Source: an uncultured Alphaproteobacteria bacterium (GTDB lineage: Bacteria; Pseudomonadota; Alphaproteobacteria; RF32; CAG-239). From it: a stretch of DNA of 64,000 bases. The position numbers and the translations under genes were made by a program. This document shows positions 46,032 to 56,900 of this stretch, piece after piece; within the stretch, counting starts at the first letter, position 1, and every line of letters starts with the position of its first letter. Under the pieces are notes generated by a model, which worked only from the letters and a program-made list of their open reading frames with translations, ran no database searches and had not been told where the DNA came from. The stretch spans positions 46,788-110,787 of the forward strand of contig CALXVZ010000003.1 of NCBI GenBank assembly GCA_944392235.1, given 5' to 3'.

Positions 46032-46502
46032 ATGATTAATTATATTGAAAATTTTGTATGTGAAACTGAAAATGATACAAATCGTTTAGCTCAATTATTT
46101 GCTTCTTCTGTTAGAAAAGGCGATGTTATTGCTCTTTATGGAACTTTAGGTGTGGGGAAAAGCACTTTTTCTCGATTTCTTATTCAATATCTGACTAATG
46201 CTACTGAAGTCCCTAGCCCGACGTTTACTCTAGTGCAATCTTACGATACTGCTAATTTTACAATCTTTCATTATGATATGTATCGTTTGGAACAGCCTGA
46301 GGATGCTTATGAACTTGGTATTGAAGAATCTTTTTTCATGGGTGTTAATCTTATTGAATGGCCTGAAAAAATAGAATCTCTTTTACCTAGAAATATTTGG
46401 AAAGTTTGTATTTCTTCAAATTTAGATTCAAGAATCTTTTCTGTTTCTGTAACTGATGAGGAAAAAAAGAAGCGACTGGAGAAAATTGCTCATGACTTCT
46501 AA
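46032..46502 (+). CDS. tsaE: tRNA t6A biosynthesis ATPase TsaE (likely start ATG 46032)
   Basis: GTLGVGKS, VPSPTFTLVQ.Y, HYDMYRL, LIEWP. Confidence 0.93.
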   Translation: MINYIENFVCETENDTNRLAQLFASSVRKGDVIALYGTLGVGKSTFSRFLIQYLTNATEVPSPTFTLVQSYDTANFTIFHYDMYRLEQPEDAYELGIEESFFMGVNLIEWPEKIESLLPRNIWKVCISSNLDSRIFSVSVTDEEKKKRLEKIAHDF

Positions 46503-46920
46503 TAATATTCATGCTACATTGATTGCTTATAAAGGTAAAGGTATCCTTTTTTCTGGGAAATCTGGTAGCGGTAAATCTGATCTTGCTTTGCGTTTTATTC
46601 TTGAACATGATGCTATGCTTGTTGCTGATGATCGTGTAGATATTTTTACTGTTAATCATTGCTTATTTGGTTCTTCTCCAAAGGAAATTGCTGGTAAACT
46701 TGAAGTTAGAGGTGTGGGTATTGCTTCTTTTCCATTTCTTGAAAATTCCCCGATTTCTCTTTTTGTTGAATTGATTGATGATATTAAACAGATTGATAGA
46801 CTTCCTGAATATCAAGAAACTGAATTGTTAGATATATGTATTCCTAAGCTGACATTATTTCCCTTTGAATCTTCCGCAATTTGTAAAATTATTGCAAAAA
46901 TAAGTGGTATTATTTCTTAA
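46492..46920 (+). CDS. hprK: Short HPr kinase/phosphorylase (proteobacterial type; likely start ATG 46492)
   Basis: IHAT, GKSGSGKSDLAL, LVADD, LEVRGVGI. Confidence 0.85.
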   Translation: MTSNNIHATLIAYKGKGILFSGKSGSGKSDLALRFILEHDAMLVADDRVDIFTVNHCLFGSSPKEIAGKLEVRGVGIASFPFLENSPISLFVELIDDIKQIDRLPEYQETELLDICIPKLTLFPFESSAICKIIAKISGIIS

Positions 46921-46962
46921 ATATGTTATTAGTAAGTAGGATTTGTTTGTGAGGATTTTGAT

Positions 46963-47754
46963 ATGATTATACGTTTAAGCGAGGCTTTTCTTAGAACTCT
47001 TGGTAAACCTTTAGTCAAATTTCTTTTTTCTTTGGGAGATTTGACTGCTTTTATTGTTAAGGCGATTTACCATTGTTTTGTTCCTCCTTTCTACTTTAAA
47101 TTATTCTTTCGGCAGGTTCTTGATATTGGTTTCTACTCGCTTCCTGTTGTTGGTTTAACTACTCTCTTTGCCGGTATGGTTATTGCTTTACAAACTTATT
47201 CTGGTTTTTCTGGTTTTAAAGCTGAAAGTGTTATCGCTTCTGTTGTTCTTATTTCTGTTACTCGTGAATTGGCTCCTGTTCTCTCTGCTCTGATGGTGGC
47301 TGGTAGAATTGGGGCTGCTATGGCTGCAGAAATCGGAACTATGAGGGTTACTGAGCAAATTGATGCTCTGGTTACTTTATCTACTAATCCTTTTAAATAT
47401 TTAGTTGCTCCAAGACTTTGGGCGGGGCTTATTGTTCTTCCTTTATTGGTTTTAGTTGGTGATATTATTGGTATTTTTGGTGGTTATGTTGTTGGTGTCT
47501 ATAAATTAGGTTTTAATCCAGCTAACTATATTAATGCTACTTTTCAGGACCTACAATATATTGGTATTATATCAGGACTTGTTAAAGCTGCTGTTTTTGG
47601 TTTTATTATTTCTATGATGGGTTGTTATCATGGATACAAATCTAAAGGTGGAGCACAGGGGGTTGGAAATGCAACAACAAATGCTGTCGTTTCTTCTTCT
47701 ATCCTTATCCTTATCTTTAACTATCTTATTACTGAAATGTTCTTCTCTCGATAA
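46963..47754 (+). CDS. mlaE: MlaE-family ABC permease
   Basis: RELAPVLSALMVAGRIGA...AEIGTMRVTEQIDAL, GGAQGVG.ATT.AVV. Confidence 0.93.
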   Translation: MIIRLSEAFLRTLGKPLVKFLFSLGDLTAFIVKAIYHCFVPPFYFKLFFRQVLDIGFYSLPVVGLTTLFAGMVIALQTYSGFSGFKAESVIASVVLISVTRELAPVLSALMVAGRIGAAMAAEIGTMRVTEQIDALVTLSTNPFKYLVAPRLWAGLIVLPLLVLVGDIIGIFGGYVVGVYKLGFNPANYINATFQDLQYIGIISGLVKAAVFGFIISMMGCYHGYKSKGGAQGVGNATTNAVVSSSILILIFNYLITEMFFSR

Positions 47755-47766
47755 TGGAGGTCTTAT

Positions 47767-48534
47767 ATGGAAAAAGAAATAAAAATTAGAATTAGAGATC
47801 TTCATAAAAGCTTTGGTAAAAAGAATGTCTTAAATGGAGTAAACCTTGATTTATATAAAGGGGAATCTCTTGTTGTTATTGGCGGGTCTGGTACTGGTAA
47901 ATCTGTTTTGATTAAATGTATTCAAGGACTACTTACTCCTGATAGTGGCTCTATTGAAATTGATGACGTTGAAATTGTTAATGAAAATCCTGATGTTATT
48001 GACAGCTTGCATAGTAAAATGGGAATGCTCTTTCAAGGCGGTGCTCTTTTTGATAGTTTAACTGTTTGGGAAAATGTTGCTTTTGATTTAATTCAAAATA
48101 GAGGTTATGCTAAAAAAGAAGCTAAAATTGTTGCTATCAAAGTATTAAGACAAGTTGGACTAACGGAAGATATTGCTGACTTATACCCTTCTGAATTGTC
48201 CGGAGGTATGCAAAAGCGTGTTGGTTTGGCTAGGGCTGTTATCACTCGTCCGGAAATTATATTTTTTGACGAGCCTACTACCGGTTTGGATCCTATTATG
48301 GCAGATGTTATTAATGATCTGATTATTGAATCTGCTAAAGATTTAGGGGCAACAACACTAACTATTACTCATGATATGGCTTCTGCTCGAAAAATTGCTG
48401 ATAAAATCGCTATGCTTTATCAAGGGAAAATTATTTGGTATGGAACTGTTAAAGAACTAGATAAAACAACTAACCCTTATGTTAGACAGTTTATAAATGG
48501 TTCATCTAAAGGACCAATTAAGGTGGAGAAATAA
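47767..48534 (+). CDS. mlaF: MlaF-family ABC ATPase
   Basis: GGSGTGKS, FQGGALFDS, LSGGMQKRV, FFDEPTTGLDP. Confidence 0.92.
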   Translation: MEKEIKIRIRDLHKSFGKKNVLNGVNLDLYKGESLVVIGGSGTGKSVLIKCIQGLLTPDSGSIEIDDVEIVNENPDVIDSLHSKMGMLFQGGALFDSLTVWENVAFDLIQNRGYAKKEAKIVAIKVLRQVGLTEDIADLYPSELSGGMQKRVGLARAVITRPEIIFFDEPTTGLDPIMADVINDLIIESAKDLGATTLTITHDMASARKIADKIAMLYQGKIIWYGTVKELDKTTNPYVRQFINGSSKGPIKVEK

Positions 48535-48535
48535 T

Positions 48536-49912
48536 ATGGCAAAAAAATCAACTGTTGATTATGTTTGTCAGTCGTGTGGAGCTGTTTATCCTAAATGGCA
48601 GGGAAAATGTGATTCTTGTGGTGAGTGGAACTCTATAGTTGAAGAAGCGAAACCTTCTGCCGAATTTTCTAATTTATCTTCAAAAAAGCAAGGACATCAA
48701 ATTGATTTTGTTTCTCTTAATGGTGAAAGTCAGTCTTATCAAAGACTTGTAACTAATCTTTCTGAAATTAATCGTGTTTCAGGCGGAGGGTTAGTTCCTG
48801 GATCTGTTATTTTGGTTGGAGGAGATCCGGGAATTGGAAAATCTACCCTTCTTTTACAGATTTGTGCTGGTGTTGCTAATAAACTTAATGACGATAGTTG
48901 TTTTTATATTTCTGGTGAAGAAGCTATTGATCAAGTTCGTATCAGAGCAAAACGTCTTGGATTAGCTGATGCACCTGTTAAACTAGCAAGCACGACTAGT
49001 GTAAAAGATATTATTGTTACTTTAGAAAAAGAAAATCCTTCTCTGGTAATCATAGATTCAATTCAAACGATGTATATTGATGATGTGGAATCTACTCCGG
49101 GCAGTGTTGCACAAGTTCGTGCGGCAGCATATGAGTTAATCAAAATAGCCAAGAAAAAAGGGTTTATTTTATTTTTAGTTGGTCATGTTACAAAACAGGG
49201 TGCTATTGCAGGTCCGAGAGTTCTTGAACATATGGTTGATACAGTTCTTTATTTTGAAGGTGATAGGGGACACCATTTTCGTATCCTTCGTGCCGTAAAA
49301 AATAGATATGGTGCTACAGATGAGATTGGCGTTTTTGAAATGCAAGACAATGGCTTAATTGAAGTTGAAAATCCATCTGCGTTATTTTTAGCGGAAAGAC
49401 AGGGATGCGTCTCTGGTTCTTGTGTTTTTGCGGGAATTGAAGGTTCTAGACCTCTCTTAGTTGAAATTCAAGCTCTTGTTGGCAATAGTGGCTATGCTGG
49501 TGCAAAGCGTGCGGTTGTTGGTTGGGATTCTAGCAGATTGGCGATGATCCTTGCTGTATTAGAAGCTCGTTGCGGAATGAACTTTAGTACTCATGATGTT
49601 TACTTAAATATTGCGGGAGGGCTAAAAATTACAGAACCTGCAGCGGATTTGGCTGTTGCTATGGCTGTTATCTCTTCAATGACAAATAAACCTCTTCCTG
49701 CTGACATGGTTGTTTTTGGTGAAATTGGCCTATCTGGTGAAATAAGAGCAGTTAGTCAGCCTACGCTTCGATTGAAAGAAGCTCAAAAATTAGGATTTTC
49801 TAACGCTATTATTCCTAATTCTTTTGCGAAAGATAAAAAACAGAAACTTATTACAGGTATGTCTTATCATGAAATAGGTAATGTTCAACGACTTATTTCT
49901 AAATTTAGTTAA
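48536..49912 (+). CDS. radA: DNA repair protein RadA/Sms (likely start ATG 48536)
   Basis: C4 zinc finger, GDPGIGKST, KNRYG, Lon-like C-terminal domain. Confidence 0.97.
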   Translation: MAKKSTVDYVCQSCGAVYPKWQGKCDSCGEWNSIVEEAKPSAEFSNLSSKKQGHQIDFVSLNGESQSYQRLVTNLSEINRVSGGGLVPGSVILVGGDPGIGKSTLLLQICAGVANKLNDDSCFYISGEEAIDQVRIRAKRLGLADAPVKLASTTSVKDIIVTLEKENPSLVIIDSIQTMYIDDVESTPGSVAQVRAAAYELIKIAKKKGFILFLVGHVTKQGAIAGPRVLEHMVDTVLYFEGDRGHHFRILRAVKNRYGATDEIGVFEMQDNGLIEVENPSALFLAERQGCVSGSCVFAGIEGSRPLLVEIQALVGNSGYAGAKRAVVGWDSSRLAMILAVLEARCGMNFSTHDVYLNIAGGLKITEPAADLAVAMAVISSMTNKPLPADMVVFGEIGLSGEIRAVSQPTLRLKEAQKLGFSNAIIPNSFAKDKKQKLITGMSYHEIGNVQRLISKFS

Positions 49913-49922
49913 GGAGTATTTT

Positions 49923-50699
49923 ATGGAACCGTTAAATAATATTGATGTTGCGATTTTAATTGGTGTTGCAATCTCTATGCTTGTTGCTTTTATTCGTGGT
50001 TTTGTTAAAGAACTTCTTTCTATTATCGGGTTGGCTTGTTTTATTATCTTAACAGTTCAACTAACTCCTTTAATTACTCCTTGGATGAATAAGTTTATTG
50101 CAAGCAAACTTATGGCGCAATTTGTTGTCTTTTTATTAATTATGGCTTTCTTTTATGCTATCTGGATTATTAGCACGGATAAACTTATTGCTATGATTAG
50201 AACTAGCACTCTGAGTTTTATGGACAGACTTTTTGGACTTCTTTTTGGTTTTGTTCGAGCTGTTCTTATTCTTGGTTTTTGTTTCTTGATTGTAAAAATA
50301 GCCCTTCCTGAAGAATTAAAAAGTGGTATTTTAAAAGAATCTAAATACTTTATGATGGCTAAACCTTGTTCAGATATGATTGAAGCTTTTCTTCCTAAAG
50401 ATTTTGTTAAAAATACAAAGAAATCTATAGAAGGTATAAATAAGGTTAATACTCAACATAAACATAAAAAAGATGAACAAGATGATACTAAAGAAAAAAC
50501 TGATGATGGCAAAAGTTTTCCGTCTAAATTAGATCAAAAACAGATGGATAAAATGTTTGATTTATTAGTTAAACCTGAAATAAAAAATACGTCTTCTAAC
50601 AGTAAAAGTAGTAAAAATTCTACTGCTGAAGAAGAAAAAGGATATGATAAAAAAGAAACTAATAGCTTGGATAGATTAATTGATATTACTGCTGAGTAA
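49923..50699 (+). CDS. cvpA: CvpA family membrane protein with charged C-terminal tail (likely start ATG 49923)
   Basis: RGFVKELLS, DRLFGLLFGFVRA; follows radA. Confidence 0.88.
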   Translation: MEPLNNIDVAILIGVAISMLVAFIRGFVKELLSIIGLACFIILTVQLTPLITPWMNKFIASKLMAQFVVFLLIMAFFYAIWIISTDKLIAMIRTSTLSFMDRLFGLLFGFVRAVLILGFCFLIVKIALPEELKSGILKESKYFMMAKPCSDMIEAFLPKDFVKNTKKSIEGINKVNTQHKHKKDEQDDTKEKTDDGKSFPSKLDQKQMDKMFDLLVKPEIKNTSSNSKSSKNSTAEEEKGYDKKETNSLDRLIDITAE

Positions 50700-50717
50700 G
50701 GTTATTATTCCTTTTAC

Positions 50718-50749
50718 AAAAAAAGGCGGTTAGTGAACCGCCTTTTTTT
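50718..50749. terminator. Bidirectional intrinsic terminator between cvpA and tyrS
   Basis: A7-GGCGGTT-AGTG-AACCGCC-T7. Confidence 0.88.
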
Positions 50750-50758
50750 AGTTTTGTT

Positions 50759-52012
50759 CTACTGCAATATTAGTAACCCATGTTTCTTTTTGCCTTGTGA
50801 TAATTTTATATTACCATTTTCTATATCTTTTTCTGTAATGACATAGTTTTCATCGGTTATCACTTTGTCATTAAGTTTTAATCCAGATTGTTTAATTAAA
50901 CGACGAGCTTCTCCCTTGCTTGCAACAAATCCTAAAGCAAGAAATGCATCCAATACACCTATGCCTTCTTTCGAGCCTTTTGCTGTTGGTAATTCATTTC
51001 CAGCAACTCCTTTTTCGAATGTCTGGATAGCTGTTTCTTGAGCGGCTTTTGCTTCGGATTCACCTCGACAAATCTTGGTTGCTTCATATGCTAAAATTTT
51101 CTTAGCTTCATTTATTTCTTTATCTTTTAATACTTCTAAACGATGAACTTCATCCATTGGTAAATCAGTGAAAATTCTTAAGCATTTTCCAACTTCTGCA
51201 TCTCCAATATTTCTAAAATATTGATAATAGTTATAAGATGGAAGTTTTTCTTCATTTATCCAAACAGCATTTCCTTCTGATTTTCCCATTTTTTTGCCGG
51301 CAGAATCTGTAATTATTGGGCTAGTAAAACCAAATAATTCTGTGTCATATCTTCTTCTTCCTAACTCTGTTCCTGAAACGATATTTCCCCATTGATCGGC
51401 TCCAGCAATTTGAGCTCGGCAACCATACTTTTGTAAAAGAACACAAAAATCATATCCTTGTAATAGCATATAATTAAATTCTAGGAAAGACATTGGTTGT
51501 TCACGTTCCAATCGACTTTTTACGCTATCCATTGTCAACATTCTATTTACAGAATAACATGTTCCTATATCTCTTAAAAATTCCAAATAGTTAATATCTT
51601 TAAACCAATCATAATTATCAACCATTTGCGCATCATTTTTTCCATCTCCGAATCTAAGAAACTTCATAAATGATTTCTTCAAGCCCTCTACATTATGTTT
51701 CAGAGTTTCTTCACTCAAAAATGGGCGTAATTTATCTTTACCGGATGGATCTCCAATGCGTGCTGTAGCTCCACCAACCAAAGTCAATGGCTTATGACCG
51801 CATTTTTGAAACCATCTTAACATCATCAAAGGAACAATGTGCCCTACATGCAAACTATCACCTGTTGGATCTGATCCTAAATATCCAACAGCAGGTTCTC
51901 CTCTTTTTTCACAATCTGCTAGGTATTCATCAAATCCCTCTTCATTCGTGCATTGGTTGTAAAAACCTCTTTCATGCATTATATTTAAAAATTCTGATTT
52001 AAAACTTGTCAT
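50759..52012 (-). CDS. tyrS: Tyrosine--tRNA ligase
   Basis: DPT..SLHVGH, GDPSG, EFNYMLLQGYDF, DQWGN, KMGKS, C-terminal S4 domain. Confidence 0.97.
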   Translation of the reverse strand: MTSFKSEFLNIMHERGFYNQCTNEEGFDEYLADCEKRGEPAVGYLGSDPTGDSLHVGHIVPLMMLRWFQKCGHKPLTLVGGATARIGDPSGKDKLRPFLSEETLKHNVEGLKKSFMKFLRFGDGKNDAQMVDNYDWFKDINYLEFLRDIGTCYSVNRMLTMDSVKSRLEREQPMSFLEFNYMLLQGYDFCVLLQKYGCRAQIAGADQWGNIVSGTELGRRRYDTELFGFTSPIITDSAGKKMGKSEGNAVWINEEKLPSYNYYQYFRNIGDAEVGKCLRIFTDLPMDEVHRLEVLKDKEINEAKKILAYEATKICRGESEAKAAQETAIQTFEKGVAGNELPTAKGSKEGIGVLDAFLALGFVASKGEARRLIKQSGLKLNDKVITDENYVITEKDIENGNIKLSQGKKKHGLLILQ

Positions 52013-52091
52013 TTTTACTTCCTTATTACTAAATTTTAAAGCATATTATCATAATAATTTGATATTGCAATTAATAAAGAGGTTTTTGTAT

Positions 52092-53189
52092 ATGCTTATT
52101 AGGGGACTGAATTGCTTGGGGTTAATGGGAACTTCTACTTTCGGCGGAGTAGAACTTGCTCTTATTAAAACTGACGGCATTGATGTTATTGAGAGAAAAA
52201 AAGCTTATGTTGTCCCTTATACAGATTATCTTAAAGATTTAATAAACTCTGTTTATGGTTTGCAAAAAGATTCTCCAGAACATGAAAATTTGCTCAAAAA
52301 TGTTGATAAGGAAGTCTCAGATTTTTATATTCAATTAATCAATGACTTTAAAAAAGATTGTGATCAAAATATTGATGTCGTGGGAATTGATGGTTTAACT
52401 ATTCTTCATAATCCTAATATTCCTTATACTTATCAACTTGGTAATGGGCGTTATATTGCAGAAAAAGTGGGTATTAAAGTTGTTACCCATTTTCGTAATG
52501 CAGATATTTGTAGCGGCGGACAAGGAACCCCTATTTCTTGTAGTTATTTTAACTCTGTTGCTATTGATGAAGTAAAACCTGTTGCCTTTATTAATATTAG
52601 TGGGAAGTCTAGTATTACATGGATAGGATCTTTTGGGGAATTTATTGGTTTTGATTGTGGTCCAGGTGATAATTTTATAAATAATTGGACTGCGAAACAT
52701 GCTCATATGGAAAATGATTATAATGGACGCCTTGCTATTATGGGAAATGTTCATGAAAAAATTGTAAATTCCTTAATGCATCACAAATTTTTTGCTAAAT
52801 TTCCGCCTAAAGCTGCTTATACTGGTATTTTTGCTGATAAAGCTGAACATCTTGAAGGACTTTCTTTAGAAGATGGGGCTGCTACTGCCACCGCTTTTGT
52901 GGCTGAAGCTATTTGTTATTCTATTTGCCTTTACCTGCCGGAACTTCCTAAAAAAGTTATTATTTGTGGTAAAGGTGCTGCGAATCCTACTCTTGTTCGT
53001 TTTATTCGCATGAGACTGCCTAATATAGATGTTTCTTTAAGTAAAGAAGAGGGTATTCCTATTGATACTGTTAATGCTGAAATCAGTGCTTTTTTAAGTG
53101 CAAGAACTCTTTACTCGCTACCTATTACCTTTCCATCTACAACAGGAGTAAGTCAACCTATTCCAGGAGGTGAAATCTATGAAGCCTAA
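52092..53189 (+). CDS. anmK: Anhydro-N-acetylmuramic acid kinase-like protein, divergent (likely start ATG 52092)
   Basis: FR.AD...GGQG.P, FDCGPG, LPITFP.TTG; divergent from tyrS as is usual for anmK. Confidence 0.8.
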   Translation: MLIRGLNCLGLMGTSTFGGVELALIKTDGIDVIERKKAYVVPYTDYLKDLINSVYGLQKDSPEHENLLKNVDKEVSDFYIQLINDFKKDCDQNIDVVGIDGLTILHNPNIPYTYQLGNGRYIAEKVGIKVVTHFRNADICSGGQGTPISCSYFNSVAIDEVKPVAFINISGKSSITWIGSFGEFIGFDCGPGDNFINNWTAKHAHMENDYNGRLAIMGNVHEKIVNSLMHHKFFAKFPPKAAYTGIFADKAEHLEGLSLEDGAATATAFVAEAICYSICLYLPELPKKVIICGKGAANPTLVRFIRMRLPNIDVSLSKEEGIPIDTVNAEISAFLSARTLYSLPITFPSTTGVSQPIPGGEIYEA

Positions 53190-53958
53190 TCAACCAGATT
53201 TTTCTATTATTGTTGATAATATTTCTAAAAAATATGAAGAGACTGTTGCCGTTGATAATGTTTCATTCAAAGCAGCAAAAGGAGATATTATTGCTTTATT
53301 AGGGCCTAATGGGGCTGGTAAAACAACCTTAATGAATATGATTTCTGGGTTTCTTTCTCCTTCTTCTGGAGCTATTTTTGTTAACAATGAGAGTGTAGCT
53401 TCTAATGACAAATTTACCAAAAAATGTATTGGTTTTTTACCAGAAGGGGCTCCAATGTATTCTGATATGAATGTTTCTTCTTTTCTGAAGTATATTATAG
53501 AACTTAAGCTGAATTTATCGCATTCTGATACTCTTTCTCGACAAGAAATAAAAAGTATTTATTTAACCGAATTTAATCGTATTATTGATTTAGCGAAAAT
53601 TTCTGATGTTCTTAATAAACGCATTGAAACTCTATCTAAAGGATATTTAAGGCGTGTCGGTTTTGCTCAAAGTATTATTGGTAACCCGCCTATCCTTCTC
53701 CTTGATGAACCAACTGATGGTTTAGACCCCAATCAAAAAGAACATATGAGAACTTTAATTAAACAAATGAAAAAAGATAAAACAGTTCTCATTTCAACAC
53801 ATTTACTTGATGAAGCTGAAACTATTGCAAATCGGATTATACTAATTGATAAAGGGAAAATTATTATTGATGGAACTGTTTCTTCTATCTTGAAATTTGC
53901 AAAAAAAGATAGCCTCTTTGAGGCTTTTAAAACTCTTACTCAACATGAGGAGGATTAA
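53179..53958 (+). CDS. ABC transporter ATPase (GldA-like; likely start ATG 53179)
   Basis: GPNGAGKTT, LSKGYLRRVG.AQ, LLLDEPTDGLDPNQ, STH. Confidence 0.9.
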   Translation: MKPNQPDFSIIVDNISKKYEETVAVDNVSFKAAKGDIIALLGPNGAGKTTLMNMISGFLSPSSGAIFVNNESVASNDKFTKKCIGFLPEGAPMYSDMNVSSFLKYIIELKLNLSHSDTLSRQEIKSIYLTEFNRIIDLAKISDVLNKRIETLSKGYLRRVGFAQSIIGNPPILLLDEPTDGLDPNQKEHMRTLIKQMKKDKTVLISTHLLDEAETIANRIILIDKGKIIIDGTVSSILKFAKKDSLFEAFKTLTQHEED

Positions 53959-56900
53959 ATGAATAATATTAAAACAATCATTCGATATGAATTAATTAGA
54001 TACTTTACATCTCCTCTTGCTTATGTTTACTTAATTAGCTTTTTATTATTAAGCGGTTCTTGCGCAATCTATTTTGGGCACTTTTTTATTGATGGTAATG
54101 CTGTTTTATGGGGGCTATTTGATTTTCAACCTTGGATTTACCTTTTGTTTATTCCTGGGATTGCTATGAGAACTTGGGCTGAAGAATTTCGTTCCAAAAG
54201 TATTGTGCAAATTTTGTCTTTACCTGTTTCCATTTCTGATTTTGTCTGGGGTAAGTTCTTCGCGTCTTGGTTATTTGCTGTTCTTGCTATATCTCTTACT
54301 TTTCCTTTTTGGATTACAGCGAATATATTCGGTAATCCTGATAATACGGTTATTGCTGTCGGATATGTTGGGTGCTTTATTCTTGCTGGAGCAATGTTAG
54401 CTATTTCTCAAACAATGTCTGCTTTATCTAAAAACTCTGTTATTGCTTTGGTTCTTGCTGTCTTTGTTAATTTATTGTTCTTCTGGAGTGGTTTTGAATA
54501 TGTACTCTTTTGGGCTAGAGAACTTTTCAGCGATGTTGTTGTTGATACTATAATTTCCTTTAGTTTTCTTGCTCATTTCTCTTCTTTAAGTCGTGGATTG
54601 GTTGAATTTAGAGATTTAATATTTTTTTCCTCTTTAATTATATTTTTTAATCTTATTACAATTTCTATCATTAGTATTAAAACAAAAGGTGTTTCAAGTC
54701 TTGTCTCTTCTTCTAGTTTACAACATTGCTCTTTGGTTATTCTGCTTTTATTTTTTGGATTCTTTGGTATTAATATTATTGCTAATAATGTCTTTCGACA
54801 AATTAGTTATGATTTTACTGAAGATAAATATCTTAGTTTAACAAAAAATACTAAAGATATTTTAAGAAAACTCGAAAGACCAGTTGTTGCTAAACTTTAC
54901 TACTCCCCTATTTTAGGACAAAGAAATCCTGAAATTCGGCAAATCTTTGATCGTATAAAACTTATTCTTAAACAATATAAAACTTATTCAAACGGGAAAT
55001 TTGATTATAAAATTTATACTCCTTCATTCTTGGATAAAATTGAAGATAGAGCTTTAGCAGAAGGTCTACAACCTATTCCTTTAATAGATATTAACCAAAA
55101 TGCTCTTTTCGGCATTAGTTTTTCTGACTCCCTTAGGGGAAAGTCTGTTATTCCTTTTTTCTCAATAGAAAGACTTCCTTTTCTTGAGCAAGATTTAACA
55201 ACCAATATTTACAAATTACAGCATAAAAAGAAAACACTAGGTATTTATACTTCTCTTCCCCTAAATGGTGGTGTTCATGAAAACGATGTTGTTATAAATA
55301 AATGGGAAATTATTAAATATATTGAAGATTTATATGACGTAACCTTTATTTCTAATTCTGGTGATTTAGATAAAAAATTTGACGTATTTATGCTTGTTCA
55401 TCCTTGGGGGCTTACAGATGAGAATATTGAAAAAATAAAAAAACAGGAAAAAATTTTATTACTTATGGATGTGGCTGATGATGCTTCTCGATTATACTCT
55501 CCTTTTGGAGGACAATTTATTACATCTGATTTATCTTCTTTAGCAGATTATTGGGGGATTCAATTTTATAATATTGGTGTTGCTGCTGATTTTAATAATT
55601 CTATTTTAGTAGATGATACTATTAATTATAAATCAAATCCTTCTTTTTCACAAGATTTATTACAATTTAAAACTACTGCTAAAGAATTAAATCCTAATCA
55701 TCGTATCACTTATAAACTAAATAATTTGCTTTTTTCTTCGGCTACAATGGTTTTACCTGATCCTAAAGCAAATGTTTTATATTTTCCTCTTGTTAAAACT
55801 AGTGATAATTCTTCCCTTCTTAATGTTTATCTTGCAAAAAAAAGTGTCTCACCACGCGAAATTTTATCTCAATATACACCTAGTAATGAAATTATTGTGC
55901 TTGCTGCTGAATTCTTAAGTAATGATCCATCCAAACCTTTTGATGTCATTGCTGTTGGTGATACAGATTTTATATATGATGCTTTTTGGACGAGAGAATC
56001 TAAATTTTTAGATACTTCATATCATATCCCTCTGTTTGATAATGCAAACTTTATCCTTAATGCTCTTGATTATCTTGCAGAAAATGATGATTTAATATCT
56101 CTTAGGGGCAAAACAGCAAAAAGAAGACCTCTTGAGCGTATTGATAATATGAGAAAAATGAATCTTTATCGTTATAAACTTAAGGAAAATGATATTTTTA
56201 AGGCTATTAATGCTGCAAAACAGGGATTAGTTGAAGTTGTTGCAAAAAAGGATTTTGAAGAAAGAAATACTTTTAGTGCTGATGAACTTGCTGTTATTGG
56301 AAATATAAGGTCTGATATAAATAATCTTAAACAGCAGCTTAGCTCTCTGAAAATTAATGCAAATAATGATATTGATAGATTAGAAGTATTGGTTAAATTC
56401 TTCAATATTTATGCTGTTGCTCTTCTCATTATTTTTACTGTTTTATGTTGGGTTGCTTATAAAAAGAAATTCTATTTAAATGATATAAAAAAGATTTTTT
56501 ATTTTGATAAACAAATCCTAAAACTGTCAGTATGGGTTATTTTTATTTTTATCTTGGCTCTCTTCAGTATTTATATGGAAAATAAAAATAGTATCTCAGA
56601 TTATGAAGATACTCTTGTTTTCGAAAATCTTAACTCTAATTTAAATGACATTGATACTATTCAATTACAAAATAGAAAAAATACTCTTACTTTCAAAAAA
56701 ATTAATGGTTTATGGATGCTTCAAGAACATCCTGAAATTCCTGTTTATCAGGAAAGAATTAGATATTTACTTATTACTATTAGCAATATGACTTTTTATG
56801 AGAAAAAATCTGATAAAGTTGCAGATATGGCTTATTTTGGTTTTTCGCCTTTTGAAGATAAGAATTCTCCAATGATTTCTGTTAAGCTTAAAGGAACTGA

